64,000 bases of DNA from an uncultured SAR86 cluster bacterium. GTDB lineage: Bacteria; Pseudomonadota; Gammaproteobacteria; Magnimaribacterales; D2472. Every line of letters begins with the position of its first letter. The stretch's first letter is position 1. Location of the stretch: assembly GCA_902515775.1 (NCBI GenBank), contig CABXVU010000001.1:28366-92365 (forward strand). Direction: 5' to 3'. A program made the position numbers and the translations under genes. The notes under the pieces were generated by a model, which worked only from the letters and a program-made list of their open reading frames with translations, made no database searches and had not been told where the DNA came from. Shown in pieces: positions 9,629 to 18,170 of the stretch.

Positions 9629-10933
9629 ATGAAACATCCAAACCATCCAAGCGTTGATCAAAGCGATCGAGTGGTACCAATAAATCTTAGGCAGAGTGGA
9701 AGAACGCCTACTGAACTATTGATTTCTACTCGTGTAAGAAAATCGCCCTTTTGGCATTTATCCCATGAGGCTGGATGCTGGAGAGCAACCGTTTATAATC
9801 GAATTTACCATCCACGAGGATATGTGAGGCCTGAGGATGGTGGAGCAATGGTTGAGTACGACGCGCTAGTAAATAGAGTTACTATGTGGAATGTTGCGGT
9901 TGAAAGGCAAATAAGAGTTAAAGGTCCAGATGCAGAAGCCTTCACAGACTATGTGATAACTAGAGATGCAACAAAAATAGTTCCTGGTAATGGAAAATAT
10001 GCAATTTTGTGCAATGAAAAAGGTGGAATTTTAAATGATCCAGTCTTACTAAGATTATCTGAGGATGAATTTTGGTTTTCTCTTTCAGACAGCGACTTAT
10101 TATTTTGGTTACAGGGCGTAAATGTTACTAAGAAATATGATGTTGAGATTGATGAAATTGATGTCTGTCCTCTTCAAATTCAAGGCCCTCTTTCTGAGGA
10201 CCTTATGGCAAAACTAGCAGGAGAAGAGCTTAGAGATGTTCCTTACTATGGCTTAATGGAAACTAAAATAGGTGGTGCAGACGTTGTAATAAGCCAAACT
10301 GGCTTTACTGGTGAGAAAGGTTATGAAATATATGTTCGAGATTCCCATGAAAATGCGGAAACTGTTTGGAATGGAGTTCTAGAAGCTGGAGAAGAATTTG
10401 GCTTAATGGTAATTGCACCAGCTCATCATCGACGAATTCAGGCAGGTATTTTGTCCTGGGGCCAAGACTTAGATCATGAAACATCTCCATTCCAAGTTAA
10501 TCTAAGCTATCAGGTGCCTAGAAATAAAAAAGCTGACTACATTGGTAAAAAAGAGCTTGAACGCCAACGTGATGTAATTGATGCCGGAGATTTCCCATTT
10601 AAGATGAAGATGGTTGGAATGATTTTTAGCGGGAAAAAAATTACAGACTACGCTCCAGACTTCTGGATCATTGCTGATCAAGATGGAAATGATATGGGTT
10701 ATGTAACATCTCCATGGTGGTCTCCAGAATTAGAAACTAATGTTGCGCTTGGATGGGTGCCGTGGAACTCATCAGAAATTGGAACAAAATTACAAGTAAG
10801 ACTGCCTGATGAATATTCTGAAGAGCCTGGCGCTTCAGCTCAAGGTGAAATTGTCAATGTGCCTTTCAGAGAGTCTGTTAATCCTAATAAAAGGGAGGTT
10901 CAAGAATCTAAGGGACTTGATTACGCTGATTAA
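9629..10933 (+). CDS. GcvT-family aminomethyltransferase, DmdA-subfamily paralog with N- and C-terminal extensions (methyl donor unknown)
   Basis: RVRKSPFW, WNVAVERQIRVKGPDAEAF, LNDPVLLRLSEDEFWFSLSDSDLLFW, CPLQIQGP and GFTGEKGYEIYV parallel the DmdA-type branch rather than housekeeping GcvT. Confidence 0.75.
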   Translation: MKHPNHPSVDQSDRVVPINLRQSGRTPTELLISTRVRKSPFWHLSHEAGCWRATVYNRIYHPRGYVRPEDGGAMVEYDALVNRVTMWNVAVERQIRVKGPDAEAFTDYVITRDATKIVPGNGKYAILCNEKGGILNDPVLLRLSEDEFWFSLSDSDLLFWLQGVNVTKKYDVEIDEIDVCPLQIQGPLSEDLMAKLAGEELRDVPYYGLMETKIGGADVVISQTGFTGEKGYEIYVRDSHENAETVWNGVLEAGEEFGLMVIAPAHHRRIQAGILSWGQDLDHETSPFQVNLSYQVPRNKKADYIGKKELERQRDVIDAGDFPFKMKMVGMIFSGKKITDYAPDFWIIADQDGNDMGYVTSPWWSPELETNVALGWVPWNSSEIGTKLQVRLPDEYSEEPGASAQGEIVNVPFRESVNPNKREVQESKGLDYAD

Positions 10934-11112
10934 AGACTACTATTACTATTTTTAATGTGGGAATTGTGGAAGATGGCACTTGGTTCTTTTAGTGATGAAA
11001 AGACCAAAGAACATGATAATAAAATTGCATTAATAAGAACTATGATTGTCTTAATTAATGTGATGTGAGCATTTTTTATAATGGGAAATATTATAAAAAA
11101 TTGGTAGCTTAA

Positions 11113-12246
11113 TTAATTTTTTCTTGCTCTCTTTAACCAAGGAATATCTACTACTTTTGCTTTAAGATCTTCATCAGGCGCAGAAATTACTATTTCTTGG
11201 CCGACTTTTGCATACTTGATATCTAAAAATACATAGGAAAGATTTTTCTCTAGCCTTGGTGAATACGTCATGGTATTCATAGAACCAATAATCTCTCCAT
11301 CAACTAAAACAGGGAAATGTTCCTGATTTGAATAATTTATTGGATCGCCCTCAATTTCAGCTCCCATTAATTTTCTTGATGGGCCCTTGAATTTAATTTC
11401 TCGAAGTGCCTCTTTGCCAATAAAATCATCTTCTTGATTAAGATCGATCATCCACTCTAAACCAACCTCAAAAGGATTATTTGATCTATCAAAATCACCT
11501 CCATAGCTCAATATACCTCCTTCCAGTCGAAGAATAATGTTTGGGCCTCCTGGTGAAATATTTAGATCCTTGCCTGCTTCCCATAAAATCTCCCATAACT
11601 CGTCACCCTTGGAATGATCTTGAAGAAAGAGTTCATAACAGAGTTCTCTGCTGTATCCCATTCTAGCAATTACCATAGGAATGCCCTTATGATTCACTTC
11701 TTTAAATTTATAGAAGCCAAGATCATCAATCCAATCTCCAAATACTTTAGACATTAATTTTGCTGAATTTGGTCCTTGAACTTGCAATGGAGAAACATCG
11801 GGCTCATCAACAACTACATCAAACTTATATCCCGCAGCTAAAGCTTGGGCCCATAATAGTGAGTCTCCATCAGCAATTGAAAACCAGTAGCAATCCTCAC
11901 TTATCTTTAGCATAACTGGATCATTCAAAAATCCACCATTGAAATCTAAAAATGGAGCATACATTGCTTGGCCAACAGCACATTTTTTAATATCTCTAGG
12001 AGTCAAAAATTGTGAAAGTGCCTCCGCATCAGGTCCTTTAATCTGGATTTGTCTCTCAACTCCAACATCCCATAATTGAACACCATTTAGCACATTGTTG
12101 TAATCCTCAATAACCCCTTCATAGCTAATTGGCAAATACATGTGGTTATATATAGTAAAGGCACTAGCGCCATGCTTTATTGTTGAAAGAAAGAATGGTG
12201 ACTTTCTTACTCTTGGATTAAAAACTAGCTGTGAAGTCTTGAACAT
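11113..12246 (-). CDS. GcvT-family aminomethyltransferase, DmdA-like (candidate dimethylsulfoniopropionate demethylase)
   Basis: 377 aa. RVRKSPFF, TIYNHMYLP, VQLWDVGVERQIQIKGPDAEAL, LNDPVMLKISEDCYWFSIADGDSLLWAQ, DVSPLQVQGP and NIILRLEGGILSYGGDF closely track recalled DmdA sequences from Ruegeria and Pelagibacter. The family call is secure; substrate specificity is inferred. Confidence 0.7.
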   Translation of the reverse strand: MFKTSQLVFNPRVRKSPFFLSTIKHGASAFTIYNHMYLPISYEGVIEDYNNVLNGVQLWDVGVERQIQIKGPDAEALSQFLTPRDIKKCAVGQAMYAPFLDFNGGFLNDPVMLKISEDCYWFSIADGDSLLWAQALAAGYKFDVVVDEPDVSPLQVQGPNSAKLMSKVFGDWIDDLGFYKFKEVNHKGIPMVIARMGYSRELCYELFLQDHSKGDELWEILWEAGKDLNISPGGPNIILRLEGGILSYGGDFDRSNNPFEVGLEWMIDLNQEDDFIGKEALREIKFKGPSRKLMGAEIEGDPINYSNQEHFPVLVDGEIIGSMNTMTYSPRLEKNLSYVFLDIKYAKVGQEIVISAPDEDLKAKVVDIPWLKRARKN

Positions 12247-12323
12247 ACGAGCATGCTATCACGGTTTTTTTAGATAAAATAGTCACTTTTTTCAATGAAA
12301 AAAAAGCTATTTTTTGAAAGATT

Positions 12324-13190
12324 TTAGTTACTGTATTCCTTTGCCCACTCAGCAGCTTTTTTGATTCCACCCAAAGGAAAAAAATGAACTTGTTCGATGT
12401 TAAAAGAAGGATCTTGGGATTTATACTCTGCTAAATCATTTAATATTTGAGTTGGTTTGTAAGGCAGCAAAAGCTTTGTAATGTCTCTTGCACGTTTTGT
12501 AAGAACCTTCATTGATGCGCCTACCCCACATTCAATTGAAAATTTAATTAATGTTTGGAGTTTTGCAGGTCCTGCAATACCAATATGGATGGGTATATCA
12601 ATTCCTTTGCTTTTAATATTATCTGCCCACTTTTTTACAACAGTTGCATCGAAACAAAACTGAGTAGTTATGGCCATAGAAGCATCTGTTCTATTTGAAA
12701 ATTCCTGTTTCCAAGAGAGTGCTTGTGAAACATTAGTTTCGCCTCCATCTGGATCTATATCTTTGTTACCTTCTGGATGACCAGCAATATGCAATCTTTT
12801 AAAACCGGCTTGATCAAATTTGCCTGATTCAATTAATTCAATCGAGGATTCAAAATCTCCCAATGGTTTTGATCGTCCGCCAGCTAATAAAAGCGCTTCA
12901 TCAACTCCAGCCTCATTCTTATACATAGTGATCCAATTATTTAATACGGCTTCATTTTTGATAGCTCTTGCAGGAAAATGAGGCATAGCGTGAAAACCCT
13001 CATCATTAAGTTTTTTTGCAGTATTGACCATTGATTGAATATCTTCATTTTCAATATGAGCAATATAGACTCTCGTATTTTGAGGCAGGACATCTTTGAA
13101 AGATTCAATATTTGAAGCAGACCTTGGAGTCACCTCAATTGAATAACCCTTTATGAGTTTTTGAGTAAATGTATTTATCTTTTGCTCCAT
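12324..13190 (-). CDS. metF: 5,10-methylenetetrahydrofolate reductase
   Basis: 288 aa. SIEVTPR near the N-terminus, IAGHPEG, and MTHFR-like overall length and order. Confidence 0.8.
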   Translation of the reverse strand: MEQKINTFTQKLIKGYSIEVTPRSASNIESFKDVLPQNTRVYIAHIENEDIQSMVNTAKKLNDEGFHAMPHFPARAIKNEAVLNNWITMYKNEAGVDEALLLAGGRSKPLGDFESSIELIESGKFDQAGFKRLHIAGHPEGNKDIDPDGGETNVSQALSWKQEFSNRTDASMAITTQFCFDATVVKKWADNIKSKGIDIPIHIGIAGPAKLQTLIKFSIECGVGASMKVLTKRARDITKLLLPYKPTQILNDLAEYKSQDPSFNIEQVHFFPLGGIKKAAEWAKEYSN

Positions 13191-13236
13191 GATTTTAAGG
13201 TTGGAAATAATAGCCTATGAAAATGACAAAATTTTC

Positions 13237-13698
13237 TCAATTTCTAAAATCTTTTAGAGAAAAGTATTTCCTGTGCAACAATTTATTATAAATAACCGCA
13301 AATAGCACTATAAAAAATGCTCCAATTGCTACTGGCATTATAATAAAACTCATGCCTTTTGCACCAAGAATCGCAATAATAGGATTTGCACCTGCTGGAG
13401 GGTGAATGGTGTCAGTTACCATCATTAAAAATATTGCTAGTCCAACGCCTAGTCCTAAACTTATAGCTGAATATCCTAAGATCCAAAATACCAATACTCC
13501 AGCAAAAGCTGATATGAGATGACCAAAGAAAACATTTTTTGGATGTGCTAAAGGGCTCTCATTAACTGCCATGACTAAAACCATGCTTGCACCAAATGGA
13601 GGTATCAACCATAGGTTACTCTCATCAAACGAGTTGAGGTATGAAAGAGCTGCAATGCATAAAAATCCTCCAAAACCAGCAATTAGATTGTTTTTCAT
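13237..13698 (-). CDS. HPP family integral membrane protein
   Basis: 153 aa, 4-5 TM segments, with the family-defining HPPAGANP motif (TIHPPAGANPII). Confidence 0.8.
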   Translation of the reverse strand: MKNNLIAGFGGFLCIAALSYLNSFDESNLWLIPPFGASMVLVMAVNESPLAHPKNVFFGHLISAFAGVLVFWILGYSAISLGLGVGLAIFLMMVTDTIHPPAGANPIIAILGAKGMSFIIMPVAIGAFFIVLFAVIYNKLLHRKYFSLKDFRN

Positions 13699-13758
13699 CT
13701 AAAAAAGTAAATTCATATCAACCAATTTCATTTGTTTTATTGTCTTAGTAATATGAAG

Positions 13759-14955
13759 TTATTTCTTAAACTTAGCTGCCTCTTCTGATCCACCTGTTGC
13801 TGTTCCTTTGGTATATGAATGAGCTCCCATACCTGCAAGATCTCCATCTTGAACAATTAAATACTGATTCCTGATTTCTTCTCCATCAAAAAAACACTCT
13901 AATATTTCTCTTACGCCGTCTGCATATCTTGTTTGCGCCGATAGAGAGGTTCCAGATGTATGTGGAGTCATGCCATGATGCGGCATGGTTCTCCAAACAT
14001 GATCATTTGGTGCAGGTTGAGGGAACCATACATCACCTGCATATCCACTAAGTTGACCGGACTCTAATGCTCTTACAATTGCATCTTTATCACATATTTT
14101 TCCACGCGCAGTATTAATGATATAAGCTCCAGGTTTGCATTTACTTATCAAATCATCATTAAATAAATGCTCAGTCTCAGGATGAAGAGGACAACTGATG
14201 TTAATGACATCACAAGCTGCAACTAAAGATTCAACTGAGTCATGATAAGTGAGATTCAATGCCTCTTCTTTATCTGAGCTCAATCTGTGTTTATCAAAAT
14301 AATGAAGATGTACATCAAATGGATGCATTTTTCTTAACATATCATAACCAATACGCCCGGCTGCAATGGTACCTATGTGCATTCCTTCCACATCATAAGA
14401 TCTCTTAACAGCGTCTGCGATATGCCATCCACCTTCGTTCACTATCCTGTGCTGGTTATGATAATCCCTGACTAATGCAAGTATCATCATAACGATATGT
14501 TCTGCAACTGACCGTGAATTACAGTAGGTTACTTCAACTACGTCAACCTTGTTGTCCATAGCGGCTTGTAAATCTACATGATCTGAGCCGATGCCTGCTG
14601 TAATGGCCATCTTTAAATTTGGCGCACTTTCAATTCTTTTTCTTGTTAGATAATATGGCCAAAATGGCTGAGAGATAACAACATCTGCATCAACTAATTC
14701 TTTGTCTGCTATACAGCCATCAGCGTCTTTATCAGACGTAACAACCAATGTATGTCCCCTATCTTCTAAAAACTTTCTGAGTCCAAGTTCACCAGACACA
14801 CATCCCAGAAGCTCACCTGCATTAAAATCTCTTCCTTTTGGACTAGGCAATGTCATGCCATCGGGATATTTCTCAAGTTTAGGCAATTCTTTTAGCGGAT
14901 AGCTTGAAGGCATACCCTCTCTGGGGTCATCGTACAAAACGCATAATATTTTCAT
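13759..14955 (-). CDS. fdh: NAD-dependent formate dehydrogenase (D-2-hydroxyacid dehydrogenase superfamily)
   Basis: Near-colinear with recalled Pseudomonas sp. 101 FDH: KILCVLYDDP, GELGLRKFLE..GHTLVVTSDKD, ISQPFWPYYLT, TAGIGSDHVDL, GDVWFPQPAP and C-terminal GGSEEAAKFKK. Confidence 0.93.
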   Translation of the reverse strand: MKILCVLYDDPREGMPSSYPLKELPKLEKYPDGMTLPSPKGRDFNAGELLGCVSGELGLRKFLEDRGHTLVVTSDKDADGCIADKELVDADVVISQPFWPYYLTRKRIESAPNLKMAITAGIGSDHVDLQAAMDNKVDVVEVTYCNSRSVAEHIVMMILALVRDYHNQHRIVNEGGWHIADAVKRSYDVEGMHIGTIAAGRIGYDMLRKMHPFDVHLHYFDKHRLSSDKEEALNLTYHDSVESLVAACDVINISCPLHPETEHLFNDDLISKCKPGAYIINTARGKICDKDAIVRALESGQLSGYAGDVWFPQPAPNDHVWRTMPHHGMTPHTSGTSLSAQTRYADGVREILECFFDGEEIRNQYLIVQDGDLAGMGAHSYTKGTATGGSEEAAKFKK

Positions 14956-14985
14956 TTTTCTCTCCTCTTAAACTTTTAATTACTA

Positions 14986-16659
14986 TTAAAATAATCCCTG
15001 AATTAATCCATTTTCATCAACATCTATATTTTCAGCAGCAGGTATTCTTGGAAGACCTGGCATGGTCATAATGTCTCCACAAACAACAACAATAAATTCA
15101 GCCCCTGCTGATAATCTTACCTCTTTAATGGGAACATCATGCCCTGAGGGAGCTCCCATTAGCAATGGGTCAGTTGAAAAGCTATATTGGGTCTTTGCCA
15201 TACATATTGGATAATCGCCAAAACCATCATCTTCTAACTTCTTGAATTGGTTTCTTACTTTTTTATCTGCAATGATCTCAGAGGCTCCATAAATATTTTG
15301 AGCTACATACTCAGTTTTATCCCAAAGAGACATCTGATTATCATACAAAGTTTTAAATTCAGAGGTTCCTGAGTCAGCTAGTTTTGCAACTTCTTTGGCA
15401 AGATCAGCTGCACCCTCACCACCCTTTTCCCAATGTGAGGAAATTTTGCATGCTACGCCCATCTTTTTACAAAAATCAATGATGGCAGCATGCTCATTTT
15501 CTGTGTCAGTTATATAATCATTTATCCCAACTATAACGGGAACCCCAAATTTTCTAATATTTTTTACATGTCTCTCAAGATTCTTACAACCACCTATTAC
15601 TGCATCAACATTCTCTGAACCAAGATCTTCTTTTTTAACACCACCATGCATTTTTAAAGCTTTAGTTGTTGCAACTAAAACTACAGCATCAGGTTTTAGG
15701 CCAGATTTTCTACATTTAATGTCAAAAAATTTTTCAGCCCCTAAATCTGCACCAAATCCTGCTTCTGTAACAACGTAATCAGCAAGTTTAAGAGCTGTTT
15801 TAGTTGCAACAACAGAATTACATCCATGCGCAATGTTTGCAAAAGGACCTCCATGGATAAATGCTGGATTATTCTCAAGAGTTTGAACCAAATTTGGTTG
15901 AAATGCGTCCTGAAGCAAGACACTTATGGCGCCGTCAGCCTTTAATTGTTTTGCTCTTACGGGTTCATTAGATCTTGAATAACCTATGACTATATTACCT
16001 ATTCTTTTCTTCAGATCATCAGCATCAGATGCAAGACAAAATACAGCCATAATTTCAGAAGCAACAGTTATGTCAAATCCACTTTGTCTGGGTATTCCAT
16101 TTCCTGTCCCACCAAGCCCACATGTAACTTCACGCAATGATCTATCATTCATATCAACCACTCTTTTCCAAGTAATTCTTCTTGGATCAATATCTAGATC
16201 ATTGCTCCAATGAATATGATTATCTACGAGCGCAGAAAGCAAATTGTGAGCAGCGCCAATAGCATGAAAATCACCTGTAAAATGCAGATTAATATCTGTC
16301 ATGGGTATAACTTGAGCATGGCCGCCACCTGCAGCACCACCCTTCATTCCAAAACATGGACCAAGGCTTGGCTCTCTAAGACAAATCATTGCTTTCTTAC
16401 CAATATGACAAAGCCCGTCAACCAAACCAACACTTGTGGTGGTCTTGCCCTCCCCAGCGGGAGTAGGAGATATTGCCGTAACTAAAATCAGTTTGCCGTT
16501 ATCTTGATCTTTTAATTTTTCATCATTAATTGAAAGGTTAACTTTACCTTTGAATTTACCATAATGCTCAAGATATTCGTCGCTAATACCAATACTGCTT
16601 GCAATTTCTTCAATTCTTTTTGGTTTAGCTTCTCTGGCTATTTCAATGTCTGTTTTCAA
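14986..16659 (-). CDS. fhs: formate--tetrahydrofolate ligase
   Basis: 557 aa. [16 protein letters not shown]-loop, [12 protein letters not shown] and the conserved N-terminal DIEIA. The start must be TTG (16657-16659), preceded by SD AGGGGA. Confidence 0.95.
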   Translation of the reverse strand: MKTDIEIAREAKPKRIEEIASSIGISDEYLEHYGKFKGKVNLSINDEKLKDQDNGKLILVTAISPTPAGEGKTTTSVGLVDGLCHIGKKAMICLREPSLGPCFGMKGGAAGGGHAQVIPMTDINLHFTGDFHAIGAAHNLLSALVDNHIHWSNDLDIDPRRITWKRVVDMNDRSLREVTCGLGGTGNGIPRQSGFDITVASEIMAVFCLASDADDLKKRIGNIVIGYSRSNEPVRAKQLKADGAISVLLQDAFQPNLVQTLENNPAFIHGGPFANIAHGCNSVVATKTALKLADYVVTEAGFGADLGAEKFFDIKCRKSGLKPDAVVLVATTKALKMHGGVKKEDLGSENVDAVIGGCKNLERHVKNIRKFGVPVIVGINDYITDTENEHAAIIDFCKKMGVACKISSHWEKGGEGAADLAKEVAKLADSGTSEFKTLYDNQMSLWDKTEYVAQNIYGASEIIADKKVRNQFKKLEDDGFGDYPICMAKTQYSFSTDPLLMGAPSGHDVPIKEVRLSAGAEFIVVVCGDIMTMPGLPRIPAAENIDVDENGLIQGLF

Positions 16660-16856
16660 TAAAGTCCCCTATGATTTCTTTAAAAAAATGTACTTATATC
16701 CGTATCAGATATTTCATACAGCAATGTTTACATAAAAAACATTTTCATGCACTGATTTTCACTCCTGCCAGTCACTAGAAAACTGTAAGTAAATTCTTCA
16801 AATCATTATATCTAAGAGCTTTCGATTGAGAACAAAATGTATAAATTGATCAGAAT

Positions 16857-18128
16857 ATGATAAATTCAGCATCTCAAATGAACTTTTTTCAAAACTTATT
16901 ATCATCATTAATGAGCCGATCTCGCAAGGGAGGTTATTTTCGTTCAAATAGTTTTGGGTTTCTCCATAAAGATATAAATAAAGCTCTAGAATCAGTTATG
17001 TCTAAAAGTGGCGAAGTATCGTCTCTAGTTTTTGCAGAACATCTTTCCAATTTAATTGAAGAATCAGATGATAAAGAATTTATTAATTTTTTTGATACAG
17101 TTTTAGAAAAATATGACATTGATGAAAAAGCTTTGTTGAGGGCTACTAATGAATATACAAAAAATAAAACTCAAAGAAACCTTGAGATCATTTCTCAACT
17201 CTCAGAACCAGGATGGAGAGAGCTTTTTAGAAGACTAAATACTATTTCTGAGGGGACCCTAAAACTAGTTAGAATGAGAGAACGAATTAGGTCTCTCAAG
17301 AAAGATAGCCCAAATCTTCAATTTTTTGATAGAAGTCTTCTGATATTATTTAAGTATTGGTTCAATCCATCCTTTTTAGTTTTAGAAAGTATAGATTGGA
17401 CAACGCCCGCTAATATCCTAGAAAAAATAATTGCTTATGAGGCGGTTCATGAGATTAATTCATGGGATGACTTAAGGGCAAGACTAGCTCCAGCGGATAG
17501 AAAATGCTTTGCTTTTTTTCATCCTCTGATGCCTGATGAGCCTCTTATATTTGTTGAAGTTGCTCTAACAAATAATATACCAGATTCAATAAGTGAAGTT
17601 ATCAAAATTGATAGGCCTATTACTGAAGAGCAAGATATAAATACAGCTGTTTTCTACTCAATATCGAATTGTCAGGAAGGACTATCAGGAATCTCTTTTG
17701 GTAATTTTTTGATTAGGAATGTTGCTCATAAACTTAAAAAAGAGAATGATGGTTTAGACAAATTTGTAACTCTTTCACCTATGCCTGGCTTTTCTAAGTG
17801 GCTTGAAAAAAAATCTATAGATGAATATCAAGATGAAGATGCTTTAATTAAGCAAGTATTAGTTTATCTTTTAGAATCAGACAGAAAAGACGGATTGCCC
17901 AACGATCCGGTGGCTAAATTTCATCTTGGCAATGGAGCTATTTTAGAGAGAATAAATTTAAACTCTGATTTATCTCTAAAGGGAATAAATCAATCAAAAG
18001 GGATCATGATTAACTACCTATATGATTTGGACACATTAGAAGAGAATCATGAGTCATTTTTTAAATCAAAAGAAGTAAAGCTATCAGATGGAATTAAAAA
18101 CCTAAAAAGGAAACTACAAATTCATTAA
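16857..18128 (+). CDS. malonyl-CoA decarboxylase family protein
   Basis: FFHPLMPDEPLIFVEVAL, VFYSISNCQEGL, TLSPMPGF and NDPVAKFHLGNGA are characteristic of the MCD family. Confidence 0.85.
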   Translation: MINSASQMNFFQNLLSSLMSRSRKGGYFRSNSFGFLHKDINKALESVMSKSGEVSSLVFAEHLSNLIEESDDKEFINFFDTVLEKYDIDEKALLRATNEYTKNKTQRNLEIISQLSEPGWRELFRRLNTISEGTLKLVRMRERIRSLKKDSPNLQFFDRSLLILFKYWFNPSFLVLESIDWTTPANILEKIIAYEAVHEINSWDDLRARLAPADRKCFAFFHPLMPDEPLIFVEVALTNNIPDSISEVIKIDRPITEEQDINTAVFYSISNCQEGLSGISFGNFLIRNVAHKLKKENDGLDKFVTLSPMPGFSKWLEKKSIDEYQDEDALIKQVLVYLLESDRKDGLPNDPVAKFHLGNGAILERINLNSDLSLKGINQSKGIMINYLYDLDTLEENHESFFKSKEVKLSDGIKNLKRKLQIH

Positions 18129-18170
18129 AATAGTTAAATATTTGCAACGTCAAAATAATAGGATTTCTGA

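Noticed and set aside
10978-11008. A possible bidirectional terminator hairpin, CTTGGTTCTTTT-agtgatg-AAAAGACCAAAG, between convergent genes.
   Set aside because: The stem is AT-rich with a bulge or mismatches and is not followed by a U-tract on either strand. That is insufficient to call an intrinsic terminator.
10955-11068. A 37-aa ATG-initiated ORF (MWELWKMALGSFSDEKTKEHDNKIALIRTMIVLINVM) in the 179-nt gap between the convergent GcvT-like and DmdA-like genes.
   Set aside because: It has no Shine-Dalgarno sequence, no recognisable features and very short length. The gap is more simply a convergent terminator region.
16760-16778. A ZTP (pfl-motif)-like element in the fhs leader. The minus strand reads CUAGUGACUGGCAGGAGUG, reminiscent of the conserved GUGACUGGCG core, and fhs is a classic ZTP-riboswitch target.
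   Set aside because: I could not find the obligatory 3' CCGCCUGGGC-type pseudoknot partner or a convincing P1/P2 architecture in the remaining ~100 nt of leader. The match is a single short block.
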